Shown in pieces: positions 1-12,495 of a stretch of DNA of 46,122 nt. The DNA is taken from assembly GCF_004010195.1 (NCBI RefSeq), contig NC_057752.1:6398044-6444165 (forward strand), given 5' to 3'. The position numbers and the translations under genes are program-made. How positions within the stretch are numbered: the first letter of the stretch is position 1; every line of letters starts with the position of its first letter. Origin of the DNA: Chiloscyllium plagiosum (lineage: Eukaryota). The notes under the pieces were generated by a model. It was given only the letters and a program-made list of their open reading frames with translations, ran no database searches and was not told the DNA's origin.

Positions 1-2825
1 GGCCTACACGCAACCCCAGACCCATAGCAATGTGGTTGACTCTCAATTGCCCTCTGAAATGGCTTAGCAATCATTCAGTTGTACCAATCACTATAAAGTC
101 TCAAAGAAATGAAACCGGACAGATCACCTGGCATTGACCGAGGCACCAGAAAAAAAGTAACGGTAGAAACAGCCCTGTCGACCCTGCAAAGTCCTCCTCA
201 CTAATAGATGGCAGCTAGTGCCAAAATTGGGTGTTGTCTCATAAGACTGGTCAAGAAACAACCTGACATAGGTATACTCAGAATCACACCTTACAGGCAA
301 TATCCCAGATACCATCCCTGGATATGTCCTGTCTCACTGGCAGGACAGTTGGATACAGTCAGGAGGGAGTTGCCCTGGAAATTCCCAACATTGACTCCAT
401 ACGTCCTGAAGTCTCGTAGCTTCAGATTAAAGATAGGTAAGGGAACCTCCTATTGATTACCATGTACTGTCCTCCCTTGGCTGATGAACTGGTACTCCAT
501 GTTGAGCAACACTTAGAGGAAACACTGAGGATAGCAAAGGCACAAAACATATTCTGGGTGGGGGATTTGAATGTCCAGCACCAAGAGTAGCTCAGCAGCA
601 GTCCTACTGATCAAGCTGGTCAGCTCCTTAAGGATGTAGCTGATAGGTTGGGCCTGTGGCAGGTTGTGAGGGAATCAAGAGGGAAAAACGTACATGACCT
701 CATACTTACCAAATGTGCCTGATGCAAATGCATCTGTCCACGACCGTATCGGTAAGAGCAACTACCGCACAGTCGTTGTCTTCATATTGAGAATAACCTC
801 CATCATGTTGTGTGGCACTATCATTATGCTAAATGGAACAGATTTCAAACAGATCTAGCAATTCAAGACTGGACATCCATGAGGCACTGAGGGCCATCAA
901 CAGCAGAATTGTGCTGGAGTACAATTTATAACCTCATGGCCTGGCATATCTCTACTCAACCATTACCATCAACCCAGGGGATCAACCCTGGTTCAATGGA
1001 GAGTGCAGGAGAGCATGCCAACAGCAGCACCCGGCATACCTAAGAATGGAGGTGTCAAATTGGTGAAGCTACCAAACAGGACTACTTGCATGTCAAACAG
1101 CATAGGCAGCAAGTGATAGAGCTAAGTGATCCCACTACCAACAGATCAGATCTAAGCTCTGCAGCCCTGTCACATCGCGAATGGTGATGGACCATTAAAT
1201 TCCCTGGAGGCAGCGGCTCCACAGATATCACCATCCTCAATGATGGAAGAGCCCAGCACATCAGTGCAAAAGACAAGGCTGAAGAATTCTCTGCATTCTT
1301 CAGCCAGAAGTGCCAAGCGGATGACCCATCTCAGCCTCCTCCAGTGGTCCCCAGCATCACAAATACCAGTCTTCAGCCAATTTGACTCACTCTACATGAT
1401 ATCAAAAAATGGTTGGAGACACTGGATAAAGGCTCAGGGTCCTGATAACATTCTAGCAATAGTACTGAAGACTCATGGTCCAGAACTTGTTGCTCCCTTA
1501 GCCATGCTCTTCCAGAACAGTTACTACACTGGCATCTGGCCTGACAATGTGAAAATTGCCCAGGTATGTCTGGTACATACACAGGACAAATCCACCACAG
1601 CCAATTACCACTCCAGTCTACTCTCGATCAGTAAAAAGTGATGGAAAATGTCATCAATAGCGCTATCAAGCAACAGCTGCTCAGTGACGCCCAGTTTGGG
1701 TTCCGCCAGGCCACTCGGCTCCTGACTTCAGGAAAGCCTTGGTTCAAACATGGACAAAAGAGCTGAATTTTAGAATTACGAGAGAGTGACAGCCCTTGAC
1801 ATTAACGTTGCGTCTGACCAAGTTTGGCATGGAGGAGCCTGAGGAAAACTGGAATCAATGGGTTTTGGGGGCAAACGCTTCACTGTTTGGAGCATATCTG
1901 GCACTTAAGAACATGGTTGTGGTTGTTGGAAGTCAGTTATCTTAGCTCCAGGACATCTCTGTCGGAATTCCTCAGGGTAATTTCCTTGATCCATCCATCT
2001 TCAGCTGCTTCATCAATGACCTACCCTCTATCACAAGGTCAGAAGTAGGAATGTTCACTAATGATTGCACAATGTTCAGAATCATTTACAGATCCTTAGA
2101 TACTGAAGCAGTCCACGTCCAAATGTTAAGACCTAGACAATATCCAGGCTTGGGCTGACAAGTGACAAGTGACATTCACACCATACAAGTGCCAGGCTAT
2201 GACCATCACCAATAAAAGACTATCTAACCATTGCCCCATGACATTCAGTGGTGTTACCACCACTGAATCCCCCACTATCAACATGCTGAGTGTTATCATT
2301 AACCAGAAACTCAACTGACACGGCACATAAACACCATAGCTACAAGACCGGGTCAGAGGCTACGAATCCTGTACAGAGTAACTCGCCTCCTGACTCCCCA
2401 AAGCCTGTTCACCATGTACAAGGCACAAGTCAGGAGTGTGATGGAGTACTCCCCACTTGCCTGGATGGGTGCAGCTCCAAGAAGCTCAATACCATCCAGG
2501 ACAAAGCTGCCCGCTTGATTGGCACCACATCCACAAGCATTCACTCCCTTCACCACAAATGCTCAGTTGCAGCAATGTGTACTATATGCCCTATGCACTG
2601 CAGAAATTCACCAATGATCCTCTTGACAGCACCTTCGAAACCTAGGACCACTTCCATCTGGAAGGGCAAGAACAACAGATACATGGGAACACCACCACCT
2701 GCAAGTTTCCCCCCCCCCCAAGTCACTCACCATCCTGACTTGGAAATATATCACTCACTGTTCCTTCACTGTAGCTGGGTAAATGCTGGCCAGCCAACAT
2801 GTGCATCTCACAAATGAATAAAAGA
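1..2825 (+). mobile_element. Decayed CR1/L2-group LINE (endonuclease and RT remnants plus 3' tail)
   Basis: Frameshifted fragments GDLNV, AQGPDNI, KIAQVCLVH, QFGFRQGHS, KKLNTIQDKAARLIG; ends in a tail ...AAATGAATAAAAG. Confidence 0.85.
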
Positions 2826-2834
2826 ACAAATATG

Positions 2835-3130
2835 CATCTGTACAGTGCCTTCATAGCAGCAGGACATTCCAAAGCCAATGGAGGTACTTCTTGAAGTGTC
2901 GGCTCTGATGCAATGAAGGAAACTGGGCAGCCAATTTGCCCACAGCAGGCTCCCACAAAGCCCCATGATGGCAGACGGGCAGACTGTTCTATTGGGAGCC
3001 AGATTCAGATTCTGAGCTGCAAATTAATGGGCCATAAGCAGCTGAAACCATCATTAAAAGGAGCTGGTTGCGTCTCTCTCACTCTCAGCCCCCCAAAAAA
3101 TGTTCCGTCACACTGCAGGCCTGTGCAAGT
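2835..3130 (-). mobile_element. Ancient Deu-domain-like SINE fragment
   Basis: tacttcttgaagtgtc...ggcagccaatttgcccacagcaggctcccacaaa, with a similar copy at about 10505-10610; family assignment from memory only. Confidence 0.5.
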
Positions 3131-3261
3131 GCAACCACCTCTCAGATCCAACATTGTCTCCCACCATGCTCTAATGGCTGGCTGTCTTTGTATGGGGGCG
3201 GGGGGGGGGGGGGGGGGGGGACCTAGCCAATCCCCCTCCACACCCAGTTTTAAGCTCTTAA

Positions 3262-3540
3262 AGATAACTTATCTCGAGAATGTGTCTTCAAAGTAGTTCT
3301 GGGATTTAGATATTAATGAACTGAAACCTGCAACACATTCTAAAAGATGAAAGCCTTAACAGCAATCTAGGTTTATTCAATATATCATTTCAGTTGCATG
3401 ATACTGTAATCTTTTGCGATAAATTTTATGTCTTATGGTTCTCTTCCAAAGTTACCTGAAGGAGGAACAGCACTCTGAAAGCTAGTGCTTCCAAAAAAAA
3501 ACTTGTTGGACTATAACCTAGTGTGTATGATTTTTAAATC
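3262..3540 (+). mobile_element. Penelope-like element 3' end with decayed hammerhead (3453-3487)
   Basis: Same terminal sequence as the 22015-22100 element (ctccgaaagctagt...ctataacctggtg); catalytic core mutated to CUGAAGG. Confidence 0.65.
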
Positions 3541-4084
3541 TATTTATTTGACACGGAGGGCACCAATACTCAACTGCTTTGGAAAGAATGAGCATACACA
3601 ACTCTCATTAAAAGGGAAACATTCACAGCAAGCTCCAAAAAGCTATGGTCCCACAGCAATCTCTCTTTGGAATTTGGTAAAGTGAACACTCAGAGCTAAC
3701 TAAGATGTATAAAATTTCATAAAAATTGCTCTGTACCAATGTGTAACTGCATCAATCATGCATGATTAAGTTAAAATTCTGTAATAGTCCAGTAAATTGA
3801 TCAAATGAACACAATATTAACTGCACCATTAATTTTTATTAGTCAATGCAGGCTACAATTCTACAATGCCAGCAATCAGATTAACACTCTCGAGGATGGG
3901 AAACAACTCTGACCCTGCCCTTTTAAAGATTGGGTCATATAGATATATCATGCCTCATTTGAAGAGTGGCTTTTCTAGAATTGCCAGACAATCTCATACT
4001 GGGGGATGTGAAACTATTCTGACAAAAGGTACTTAAGGATTTTTTATTTTACAAAGTTGATACCAGAACTGTAATCTCAGGCTG

Positions 4085-4712
4085 GGTGTCATTTGAAACA
4101 AAAAAGACTGAGGGTTGGCCAGAGGAAGTCTTTAACGTTATGAAAGATTTCAATAAGAGTGGAAGAATGTTTCCTCTTGTGGGGGAAGACCAAATCAAGA
4201 GGCCACCAACAGATGATAGTCACCAAGAAATCCAAAAGGAGTGCTGAGAATGTGGAACTTGCTACTGTGTGGAAATTGTTTTGACAATTAAAAGGAAACT
4301 GGATAACCACATTAGGGAGAAGGGGATAAAATGTTATGCTGATAAAGGGAAATGAAGAAGGATGGGAGGAGACGTGAATGATGGCCAGCATGGACTAGTT
4401 GGGTCAAATGCCCTATTTCTCTACAAACAAAAGTAGGCCACTCAACCCTTCAAGCCTGCTTCACCATTCTAAAGGTCATGGCTGATCTGATTTTAACCTC
4501 AACTTTACATTCCTGCAAATCCCCCAACAATCTTTAATTCCCCATCTGCTCTGCCTTAGAAGCATTTAAAGATTCTGTATTCACTGCTTTTTGGAGGAAG
4601 GGAATTCCAAAGACACTCAATCTTCAGGAAAAAATAAATGTTTCCTCATTTCAGTTTGAAATGGGCAATCACTTATTTTTAAAGTGACCCTCAGGTCTAG
4701 GCTCTCCCACAA
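4085..4712. mobile_element. Two short CR1-type LINE 3' fragments (plus about 4085-4425, minus about 4430-4712)
   Basis: Degenerate CR1 3'-end motifs (RLRGDL-like coding end and tail). Confidence 0.55.
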
Positions 4713-4981
4713 GAATCATAGAATCCTTACAGTGTGGAAGCAGGCCATTTGGCCTATCAAGTCTGTACTGTCCCTCCGAACAGCATCCTACCTCGACCCA
4801 TCCCCTTACCCTATACCTGTAACCCTGCCAATCCATGTTTGGACTGTGGAAGGAAACCAGAGCACTCGGAGGAAACCCACGCAGACACCGGGAGAAAGGC
4901 AACTGTCTGTGTGGAGTTTGCAGAGAGGGTGGACCTGAACCCGGGTCCCTGGCATTGAGGCAGCAGTGCTAACCACTGCTT
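4713..4981 (-). mobile_element. HE1/V-SINE-like tRNA-derived SINE with internal micro-inversion
   Basis: Homologous to the copies at 43342, 44489 and 45878; tRNA head on the minus strand; CR1-derived tail. Confidence 0.8.
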
Positions 4982-5024
4982 TCAACAACCTTTTGACACC
5001 CACCCAGTCAAGTCCCCTCAGGAT

Positions 5025-5315
5025 TATATAGTCATACAGCATAGAAACAGACCCATTGGTCCAAACGGTCCATGCCGAACATAATCCGAAACTAAACTAG
5101 TACCACCTCCCTACTCCTGGCCCATATCGCTCCAAACCTTTCCAAATATCTTTTAAACATTGTAACTGTACCCACATTCACTTCCTCAGGGAAGTTCATT
5201 CCACACACAAACCATCCTCTGTGCAAAATATTTGTCTCTCTAGTCTCACCTTAAAAATATGCCCCCAGTCTTGAAACCCCCCATCCTCGGGGAAAGAAAA
5301 TCACCATTAACTCTA
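5025..5315 (-). mobile_element. CR1-type LINE 3' fragment
   Basis: Reverse complement of the 3' end seen at 11130-11440 and 36830-37130. Confidence 0.75.
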
Positions 5316-6480
5316 CGTTTCAATTAAGTCACCTCCGACTCTTATGAACTCCAGAGGATACGGGCCTGACCTTTCCTCAGAGGGCAATCCATTCATTAGT
5401 CTAGTAAACCCTATATGAACTGCTTCCAACACATTAACATCTTTCTGCAAGTATGGTGACCAGCATTGCACACAGTACTTCAGATGTGGTCCCAATGCAC
5501 TGCTATTCATGCAGTGGGCCATCCAGATTTTTCTGCATCTCAGTGCTCTGCAATTTCTAACCATTTAGATAATACGCTTTTTTTCTGCCAAAAATGAACA
5601 ATTTCACTTTTTAACATTGTACTCCATTTGCCAGATCTTTGTCCACTCACTTAACCTATCTATATTCCTTTGTAGGCTCCTTATGTCTTCTTCACAACGC
5701 ACTTTCCTACCTATCTTTGTGTCATTAGCAAATTTAGCTGCCAGACCTTCAATCCCTTCATCCAAATCATTTGTGTAAATTATAAAGCGTCGAGGCCCCA
5801 GCACCAACCCCTGTGGTACACCATATGTGACATCCAGCCAGCATGAAAAAGACCCATTTATTCATACTCTGCCTCCTGGTGGCCAGCCAATCTTCTGCCC
5901 AAGCCAATGTTACCCCAACACCATAACCTTTTATTTTCCACAATAACCTTTGCTATGGCACATTTGATAATGTCTTCTGGAAGTCTAAATACATCTACTT
6001 GTTCTCCTTTATCTACAGTACAAGTTACTTCTTCAAAAGAACATCAAGAAATTAGTTAAATATGATTTTCCTTTGACACAACCATGCTGGCTCTGCCCGA
6101 CTACCTTGAACTTATCCAAGTACCCTGCTATAATGACAGAGATTGAGCTGTTTTATAGTTTCCTGCTTTCTGCTTCCCTTGTGATACCAAAGCAAACTAT
6201 CTGTTCCTCCATTACAAACTCCTCAGCTTCATTATCAACATTTAACTCTTCAAATATCTGAAGACACTTTTCTGTTTTAATATTGTTGGTTCTCATTTTT
6301 TCCCCTCCTAGTTAATCTTTTAATAATTCCTTGCTTTATGAAAATTAAACATGCTGTCCAATCTCCTGAGTTGCCACTTACCTTTGCACAATTCTGTTTC
6401 TTTCCTTTGAGTCTGATAGCATCTTTGACTTTTTAAAGTTAATGACAGATGGCAGGTCCGTCCCTTAGAATGCTTCTTAT

Positions 6481-6723
6481 TCAAAGTTTGGGTGAAGATT
6501 TGTAGCTCGGGTGCTCGTTGTTGGACCTGGACCCAATATACCGGCCACTACAGCGGAGAGCTGAAACTGACAACCGGAAGCGGCAGGGACAGGCCACTAT
6601 AAATGCCGGAGGAAACACCACAGAAGCGCTTCACAGGAGGCTCTCAAGCACTGAGGATGTCACCTAGACAGGGGAAGAAACGTTTGCAACAAAACTTTCC
6701 AGCTCGGCGAACAGAACCACAAC
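6481..6723. mobile_element. Penelope/Poseidon-type PLE: inverted tail plus 3' repeat, 12-bp TSD
   Basis: TSD AATGCTTCTTAT (6469-6480) / AATGTTTCTTAT (6724-6735); sequence matches the 3' end of 21170-21409. Confidence 0.88.
6648..6687 (+). ncRNA. Minimal type-I hammerhead ribozyme (stem II closing base mutated)
   Basis: GCA CUGAGGA UGUCACC UAGACA GGGGAA GAAAC GUU UGC. Confidence 0.7.
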
Positions 6724-7909
6724 AATGTTTCTTATGTTTGCATGCATCTGTTCTATGCTTTCCGAAATATCCCCTTAATTGCTTGTACTACGTCTCTATA
6801 GACCTGTCCCTTATCCTAAAATTGCCAGTGCACTTTTGTTACCTCTGCTTTCACAATTACTCATGTTTAAATTCAAAACAGTAGTCTTGGACACTCACTT
6901 CTCTCCCTTAAACTGCATGTAAAATTCAATCATAGTACAACTACTTTCATGGAAGTCAGCAATTAATTTTCTCACTGGTCAAACCAAGTATGGAACATAC
7001 ATTCTTTCTAGCCCCAGGCAAGTTAATTTGCGTGTCTTTTCATTCTGGAGTAAGCACAATAAGCAAGAGGATTCATCTGTCTTAAGCACTTCAGCTCTCC
7101 TTTGTACCACATTCAGCCTGCTCTAAAACCAAGAGATCACCGTATATAGACATTTCATTATATAATTGTATCCACCTTCTGGTCTGTCTTCACCAGGCTG
7201 GGACCTTTTGACTTTAGGCTCTGCCTGGTTAGTCAATGATGTAATGGAGCTGAGTAGTTTAAGAATCAATTTTATAAAATCGTATCAAAATTCATATGTA
7301 CCCTAAGATTTTGCTTTTAGATAAAACTGGTAACAGTCACCACAAGCAAAGGGAATGCAAAAGCTCTTTAAACAGTGTACTCTAACTGAAACAGTCTGAC
7401 CATCAGCTGTTGGTTGCAATAGTCCCAACAAATATCTAACTCCTCCCAACAGAGTTCTTTCCCTGCTTATTATTTTTCATGAAGCAATACAGAATTGAAT
7501 CCAAAATTCTGACACTTAAAAATCATTTTTTCCACAGCTCGTTCCAGTCTGGCAAATCCACTGCAGTTCAGCCCAAAGAAATGAATAGGACCAGGAAAAG
7601 GCAGCAAGAAATTGCTATATATATATATATATATTTCATTCTGCCTGCTGGCCACATTTCACCCTTTGAAGTCTATTGTCGCCCTCCGCTGTGTTTCCAG
7701 TCTACACTTACATCTTTTAATTAATTCACAGGATGTGGGCATCAATTTCAAGCAACAGTGAAGGGAACAGTGGTTTTGCTCCAAGTTATAGTAGTACATG
7801 GCTTGAAACATGCATTGTAAGTGGCAAAGATCTGGGTTCAAAGTTTGTGAGAAGATTTGTAGCTCGGGTGCTCGTTGTGGTTCTGTTCGCCGAGCTGGAA
7901 AGTTTTGTT

Positions 7910-7949
7910 GCAAACGTTTCGTCCCCTGTCTCGGTGACATCCTCAGTGC
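7910..7949 (-). ncRNA. Minimal type-I hammerhead ribozyme (intact core, GUU triplet)
   Basis: GCA CUGAGGA UGUCACC GAGACA GGGGAC GAAAC GUU UGC. Confidence 0.82.
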
Positions 7950-8202
7950 TTGGGAGCCTCCTGTGAAGCGCTTCTGTGGTGTTTCCTCTGGCATTTATAG
8001 TGGCCTGTCCCTGCCACTTCCGGTTGTCAGTTTCAGCTGTCCGCTGTAGTGGCCGGTATATTGGGTCCAGGTCTATGTGTTTGTTGATGGAGTTTGTGGA
8101 TGAGTGCCATGCTTCTAGGAATTCCCTGGCTGTTCTTTGATTGGCTTGCCTTATAATGGTAGTGTTGTCCCAGTCGAATTCATTTGCTTGTCGTCTGCGT
8201 GT

Positions 8203-8239
8203 CTGAGGATGTCACCTAGACAGGGGACGAAATATTTGC
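8203..8239 (+). ncRNA. Decayed hammerhead (GAAACGUU changed to GAAAUAUU; 5' strand of stem I lost at the junction)
   Basis: CUGAGGA UGUCACC UAGACA GGGGAC GAAAUAUU UGC. Confidence 0.55.
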
Positions 8240-8799
8240 AACAAAACTTTCCAGCTCGGCGAACAGAACCCACAACAAAGATCTGGGGTTTGGAAGGCGC
8301 TGTCAGAGGGAACTTGGCAAGATGGTGCAGTGCTAACGTTGAAGGGTGTGAAAGCTGAAAGAGGTGGGTAGAATGCAAGACAAGTGAGGTGCTTTGTGCT
8401 GGAAGGTGCAACTTCTTGAGAATTGCTGGAACTGCACCTATCCAAACACATGGAAAATATTCCTGCCACCACCTTGTAGACTGCGGACAGACTTTGGGGA
8501 AGGAAAGTCGCGAGTTACTCTTAGACTCTGACCTGTTCTTGTAGCCATAGTATTTATACAGCAGGTAAAGTTAAGTTTCTGGCTGAAAGGTGATGATTGC
8601 AGTCACTAGGATTTGGTGACCCTTTGTGCTATAGCTGACATTGCACTCTATCCACAAATCACTTCAGTTCAGGTTCTCATCACAAACTTGAGAGAGATTA
8701 TGGAAACAGAAGGATGCACAGATATAGAGATCTAAACATTTATATTATGCCATCTTGATATCGATAGTTATGGGGATAAATGGGAGAGGGTGGAACTGT

Positions 8800-9150
8800 T
8801 CTCAGAGTCATCCAGCACAAAATCATATCTTTCGGTCCAACCAGTCCATGCTGAACATAATCCCAAACTAAACTAGTCCCACCTGCCTGCTCCTGGCCCA
8901 TATCCCTCCAAACCCTTCCTGTTCATGTTTCTATCCAAACGTCTTTTAAACATAAGTGTACCCACATCCACCACTTCCTCAGGAAATTCATTCCACGCAC
9001 AAACCATCCTCTGTAAATGATTTTGCCCCTCACGTCTTTCACCTTAAAATTATGACCCCCTAGTCTTGAAAGTCCCCATTCTAGGGAAAAGACAAGTACC
9101 ATTAACTCTGTCTATACTCATTATTTTATAAACTTCTATAGGTCATCTCG
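8800..9150 (-). mobile_element. CR1-type LINE 3' fragment
   Basis: Same family as 5025-5315 and 27990-28476. Confidence 0.75.
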
Positions 9151-9401
9151 CATTGCACAGCAAGTAGTTAACATTGGAATGAGCATGTGGAAAGGGAGAT
9201 TGAATTACAGCTTTCAACAGGTATTGGATCATTATCTGAAAAGACAAAAAAAAACAGGGATTACGGAAACAATCGGGAGCAGGGCTAGGAGATGTGCCCT
9301 TCCAGACAGTAACATGAACTTGATGTTCAAAGTTTGAGAGAAGATTTTTAGCTCGGATGCTCGTTGTTGTGGTTCTGTTCGCTGAGCTGGGAATTTGTGT
9401 T

Positions 9402-9441
9402 GCAGACGTTTCGTCCCCTGTCTAGGTGACATCCTCAGTGC
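9402..9441 (-). ncRNA. Minimal type-I hammerhead ribozyme (GUC triplet)
   Basis: GCA CUGAGGA UGUCACC UAGACA GGGGAC GAAAC GUC UGC. Confidence 0.85.
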
Positions 9442-9488
9442 TTGGGAGCCTCCTGTGATCACAGAAGCACTTCACAGGAGGCTCTCAA

Positions 9489-9528
9489 GCACTGAGGATG
9501 TCACCTAGACAGGGGACGAAACGTCTGC
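9489..9528 (+). ncRNA. Minimal type-I hammerhead ribozyme (GUC triplet)
   Basis: Identical to 9402-9441 on the opposite strand. Confidence 0.85.
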
Positions 9529-10924
9529 AACACAAATTCCCAGCTCAGCGAACAGAACCACAACAATGGACTTGATGGATAAATGTATTGTTCTACAATA
9601 CCTTTTGTGTGTATACACACACACACGCCACAATTTGTCCCTCACCCTTCAGGTGTCACGTTCTCATGGCTAGCCAGAGGGAATATCTTCTAGATTGAAA
9701 AAAACTTCATTCATAGGATGTTGGCTCAGCCAGTGATCACCCATTCCTCATTTCCCTTAAGAAGATACAAGATATGTTTGTTCTAGGCGTGACACAAGCA
9801 CAAACTCTTTACAACTCAATCTTTCCTCACTGCACAAATAGTATCCTTAAATACAAATTGCAATTGAATCAAAACAACCGATACAAATTATTTTTTAAAA
9901 ATGCATACACCACAGCATAGCAAACTGCACTGTAGTTCAGTAATGCTGAGGGGACAGCACTGGAGACTGGCAAGTTCACTGGGCTCTTGATTTAATAGGA
10001 GAGCGCCCCGAGTGTTATGGTGCAACAGGGAAGGGGCTTTGACAGTATTAAGCATGGTACAGGGTGTGGTAGAGCTGGAGTAGGCATTCTGAAATTTGGT
10101 AGCACAGAGTTGTTGCATAGCAGTGGAGCCCTGAGATTCTCTCAGCAATGAGGGGGAGGTCAAGGTTGTTACAAAAAGCAATGGTACGACAAAAAAAAAA
10201 CTGCAAAAAAGGAAACGTATTTCATAGATTCCCACTTATTCTTAATACTAGCATTGCTGGAACTCTGCCTCTCAAACAATGAGACCAGTTGTCAATAATT
10301 CTTGACAAACTCTCTACAGCACATCTGCCATCGCGCTGCAGAGTTCGGTCTTAACTAAGGTGTATTCTTAGCTCAACTGGGCCCTCTGCTGGAATTAAGA
10401 TATTTTTGCTTTCTCAAACAAAACTGCAGTTTTTTTTTCCTTCTGTCTGGTTGCCTCAATTTCCTTTGAAACTTTCACAGCCACTGGTCATCTCATATTG
10501 CTGGACAGCCAGTGATGCTTTTTTGAAGTGTGACCTGTGGTACTGTAGGAAGTACAACAGACAATTTGCACACAAAGCTCCCAAAAACAGCAACATCGTA
10601 ATAACTACATTGCTGGGTCATGACTCAACCAGGAAGAGTGCGCCATTACCATGCCTTCAGAAAACAAAAATCACCATTAGAAACCAAGGTCTTTAGAAAT
10701 CCCAAATACAGTACACATCTTCTGGTTCCCCTTATCCATTCTGTTTGCTACATCCTCAAACTCCAATAAATTAGTCCAGCGTGATTTCTCTTTCACAAAA
10801 CCATGTTGACTCCTAATGCCCTGCTATTACTTCAGCAATGGAGTCCAGCATTTGTCCAAAAACAGATGTCAGACTGTTTCTTGCTTCTGTCTCCCTCCCT
10901 TCCTCCTTTTTGTTGTGCATAGTT

Positions 10925-11441
10925 TATGACTCCTTCCTATCGGAAAGATATTGTGAAACTTGAAAGGGTTCAGAAAACAATTACAAGGATGTTGCCAGGG
11001 TTGGATTTGAGCTATAGTGAGAGGCTGAACAGGCTGGGGCTGTTTTCCCTGGAGCGTCGGAGGCTGAGGGGTGACCTTATAGAGGTTTACAAAATTATGA
11101 GGGGCATGGATAGGTAAAGTGTTTTCTCTGGGGTCGGGGAGTCCAGAACTAGAGGGCATAGGTTTAGGGTGAGAGGGGAAAGATATAAAAGAGACCAAAG
11201 GAGCAACTTTTTCACACAGAGGGTGGTATGTGTATGGAATGAGCTACTAGAGGAAGTGGTGGAGGCTGGTACAATTGCAACATTTAAGAGGCATTTGGAT
11301 GAGTATATGAATAGGAAGGGTTTGGAAGGATATGGGCCGGGTGATGGCAGGTGGGAGTAGATTGAGTTGACATATCTGATTGGCATGGATGGGTTGGACC
11401 GAAGGGTCTGTTTCCATGCTGTACATCTCTATGACTCTATG
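10925..11441 (+). mobile_element. CR1-type LINE 3' end (young)
   Basis: ORF2 C-terminus YRKDIVKLERVQK...SLERRRLRGDLIEVYKIMRG...FFTQRVV..WNELLEEVVEA; (CTCTATGA)n-like tail. Confidence 0.9.
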
Positions 11442-12024
11442 CCCAACTTGCTGCACTGATTGCTATTCAGGACAAAAGCAATTCATATCAGGTTGTATCA
11501 TTAATAGAAAATAACTGTTTATTGCAACACACAAATGGCAGAAAAAATAATTTCTAATGTATTGCTATGAGACTTAAACGCTACCCCATCAGAAATCCCA
11601 AATAGATGCACACTGATTCACGACTAAGACAGATGGGTTTGACACATTATAGGGTGATCAAAATTCTGAAGACCAGAATCTAGATCTTGAGAATGGGTTA
11701 AATAGGCTTTCACTGTTGTTTGACTTTTTTAAAGCACTGGTGACATTGCCTGCAAAGTGATAACTATCAAAGTGGAGAACAGCTATCTGGTGGGAAAAAT
11801 ATAGTTCCTTAATGTGAGAGATTATTCTTTGCCGAGCCAAAGTTTATGCCCCTGCTCCTCCTGAAAACAATGCGATAGGACCTTGTACATGCATCTGAAG
11901 GGGCAGACTTGTTTAACACAAATTTGGAAGATAGTAGCTCTAATAGTGCAGCATTCCCTCAGGAGTGCAGAGGGTCAGCCTGGAATTCTGGGTCTCTCTC
12001 TCAGAACAAAGAGCCATGTGACTC

Positions 12025-12495
12025 AGAACCAAAGAGACATTGACAAGTTTGTGGAATGTGCAGATAGGTGGCAGATGAAGTTTAATGCAGAAAAGTGAGG
12101 TGATACACTTTGAAGGAAGATCACAGGTAGACAATATTAAGTTGGGCCACATAGCCAAGGTGATGCAGGAGCAATGACCTATGAGTATGCGCACAGTTCA
12201 TTGAAGGCAGGACAGGTGGAGAAATCAGTTAATGAAGTATATAGTAGCCTGACCTTTAAGGGGGACATTTGAGTACAAGAGCAAGGAGATTATACCAACC
12301 TTACATAAGCCATTTGTTCGACCTCAACTACAGTATTCTGTACAATTCCAGGCACCACACTATAGGAAGGATGGGAACGCATTGGAATGCATGCGGAACA
12401 GATTTACAAATATGGTTCTGAAAAGAAGAAACTTCAGTTATGAGGGTCGATACTGTTCTCCTTGGAGATGACAGCTAAGGAGAGTACTGATAGAT
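12025..12495 (+). mobile_element. Decayed CR1 LINE fragment
   Basis: QRDIDKFVECADRWQMKFNAEK and downstream ORF2 remnants. Confidence 0.7.

Larger units (their letters stand above)
5316..6950 (-). mobile_element. Decayed CR1 LINE, interrupted by a PLE at 6481-6723
   Basis: RT remnants VLGP..FIIYTNDLDEGIEG..AKFANDTKIG and HLKYCVQCWSPY. Confidence 0.8.
7837..8275. mobile_element. PLE inverted dyad, 12-bp TSD
   Basis: Perfect TSD CAAAGATCTGGG (7825-7836 / 8276-8287); minus arm 7837-8202, plus arm 8203-8275. Confidence 0.9.
9326..9565. mobile_element. 240-bp miniature PLE inverted dyad, 12-bp TSD
   Basis: TSD ATGAACTTGATG (9314-9325) / ATGGACTTGATG (9566-9577); near-perfect inverted arms. Confidence 0.9.

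Noticed and set aside
3194..3220. Long poly-G run (also 19609-19626) as a G-quadruplex element
   Set aside because: A simple homopolymer within repeat-derived sequence; its length is unreliable in assemblies and there is no further support.
6603..7994. Repeated ORFs beginning MPEETPQKRFTGGSQALRMSPRQG
   Set aside because: They are readings through the PLE terminal repeat and hammerhead, not a gene family.
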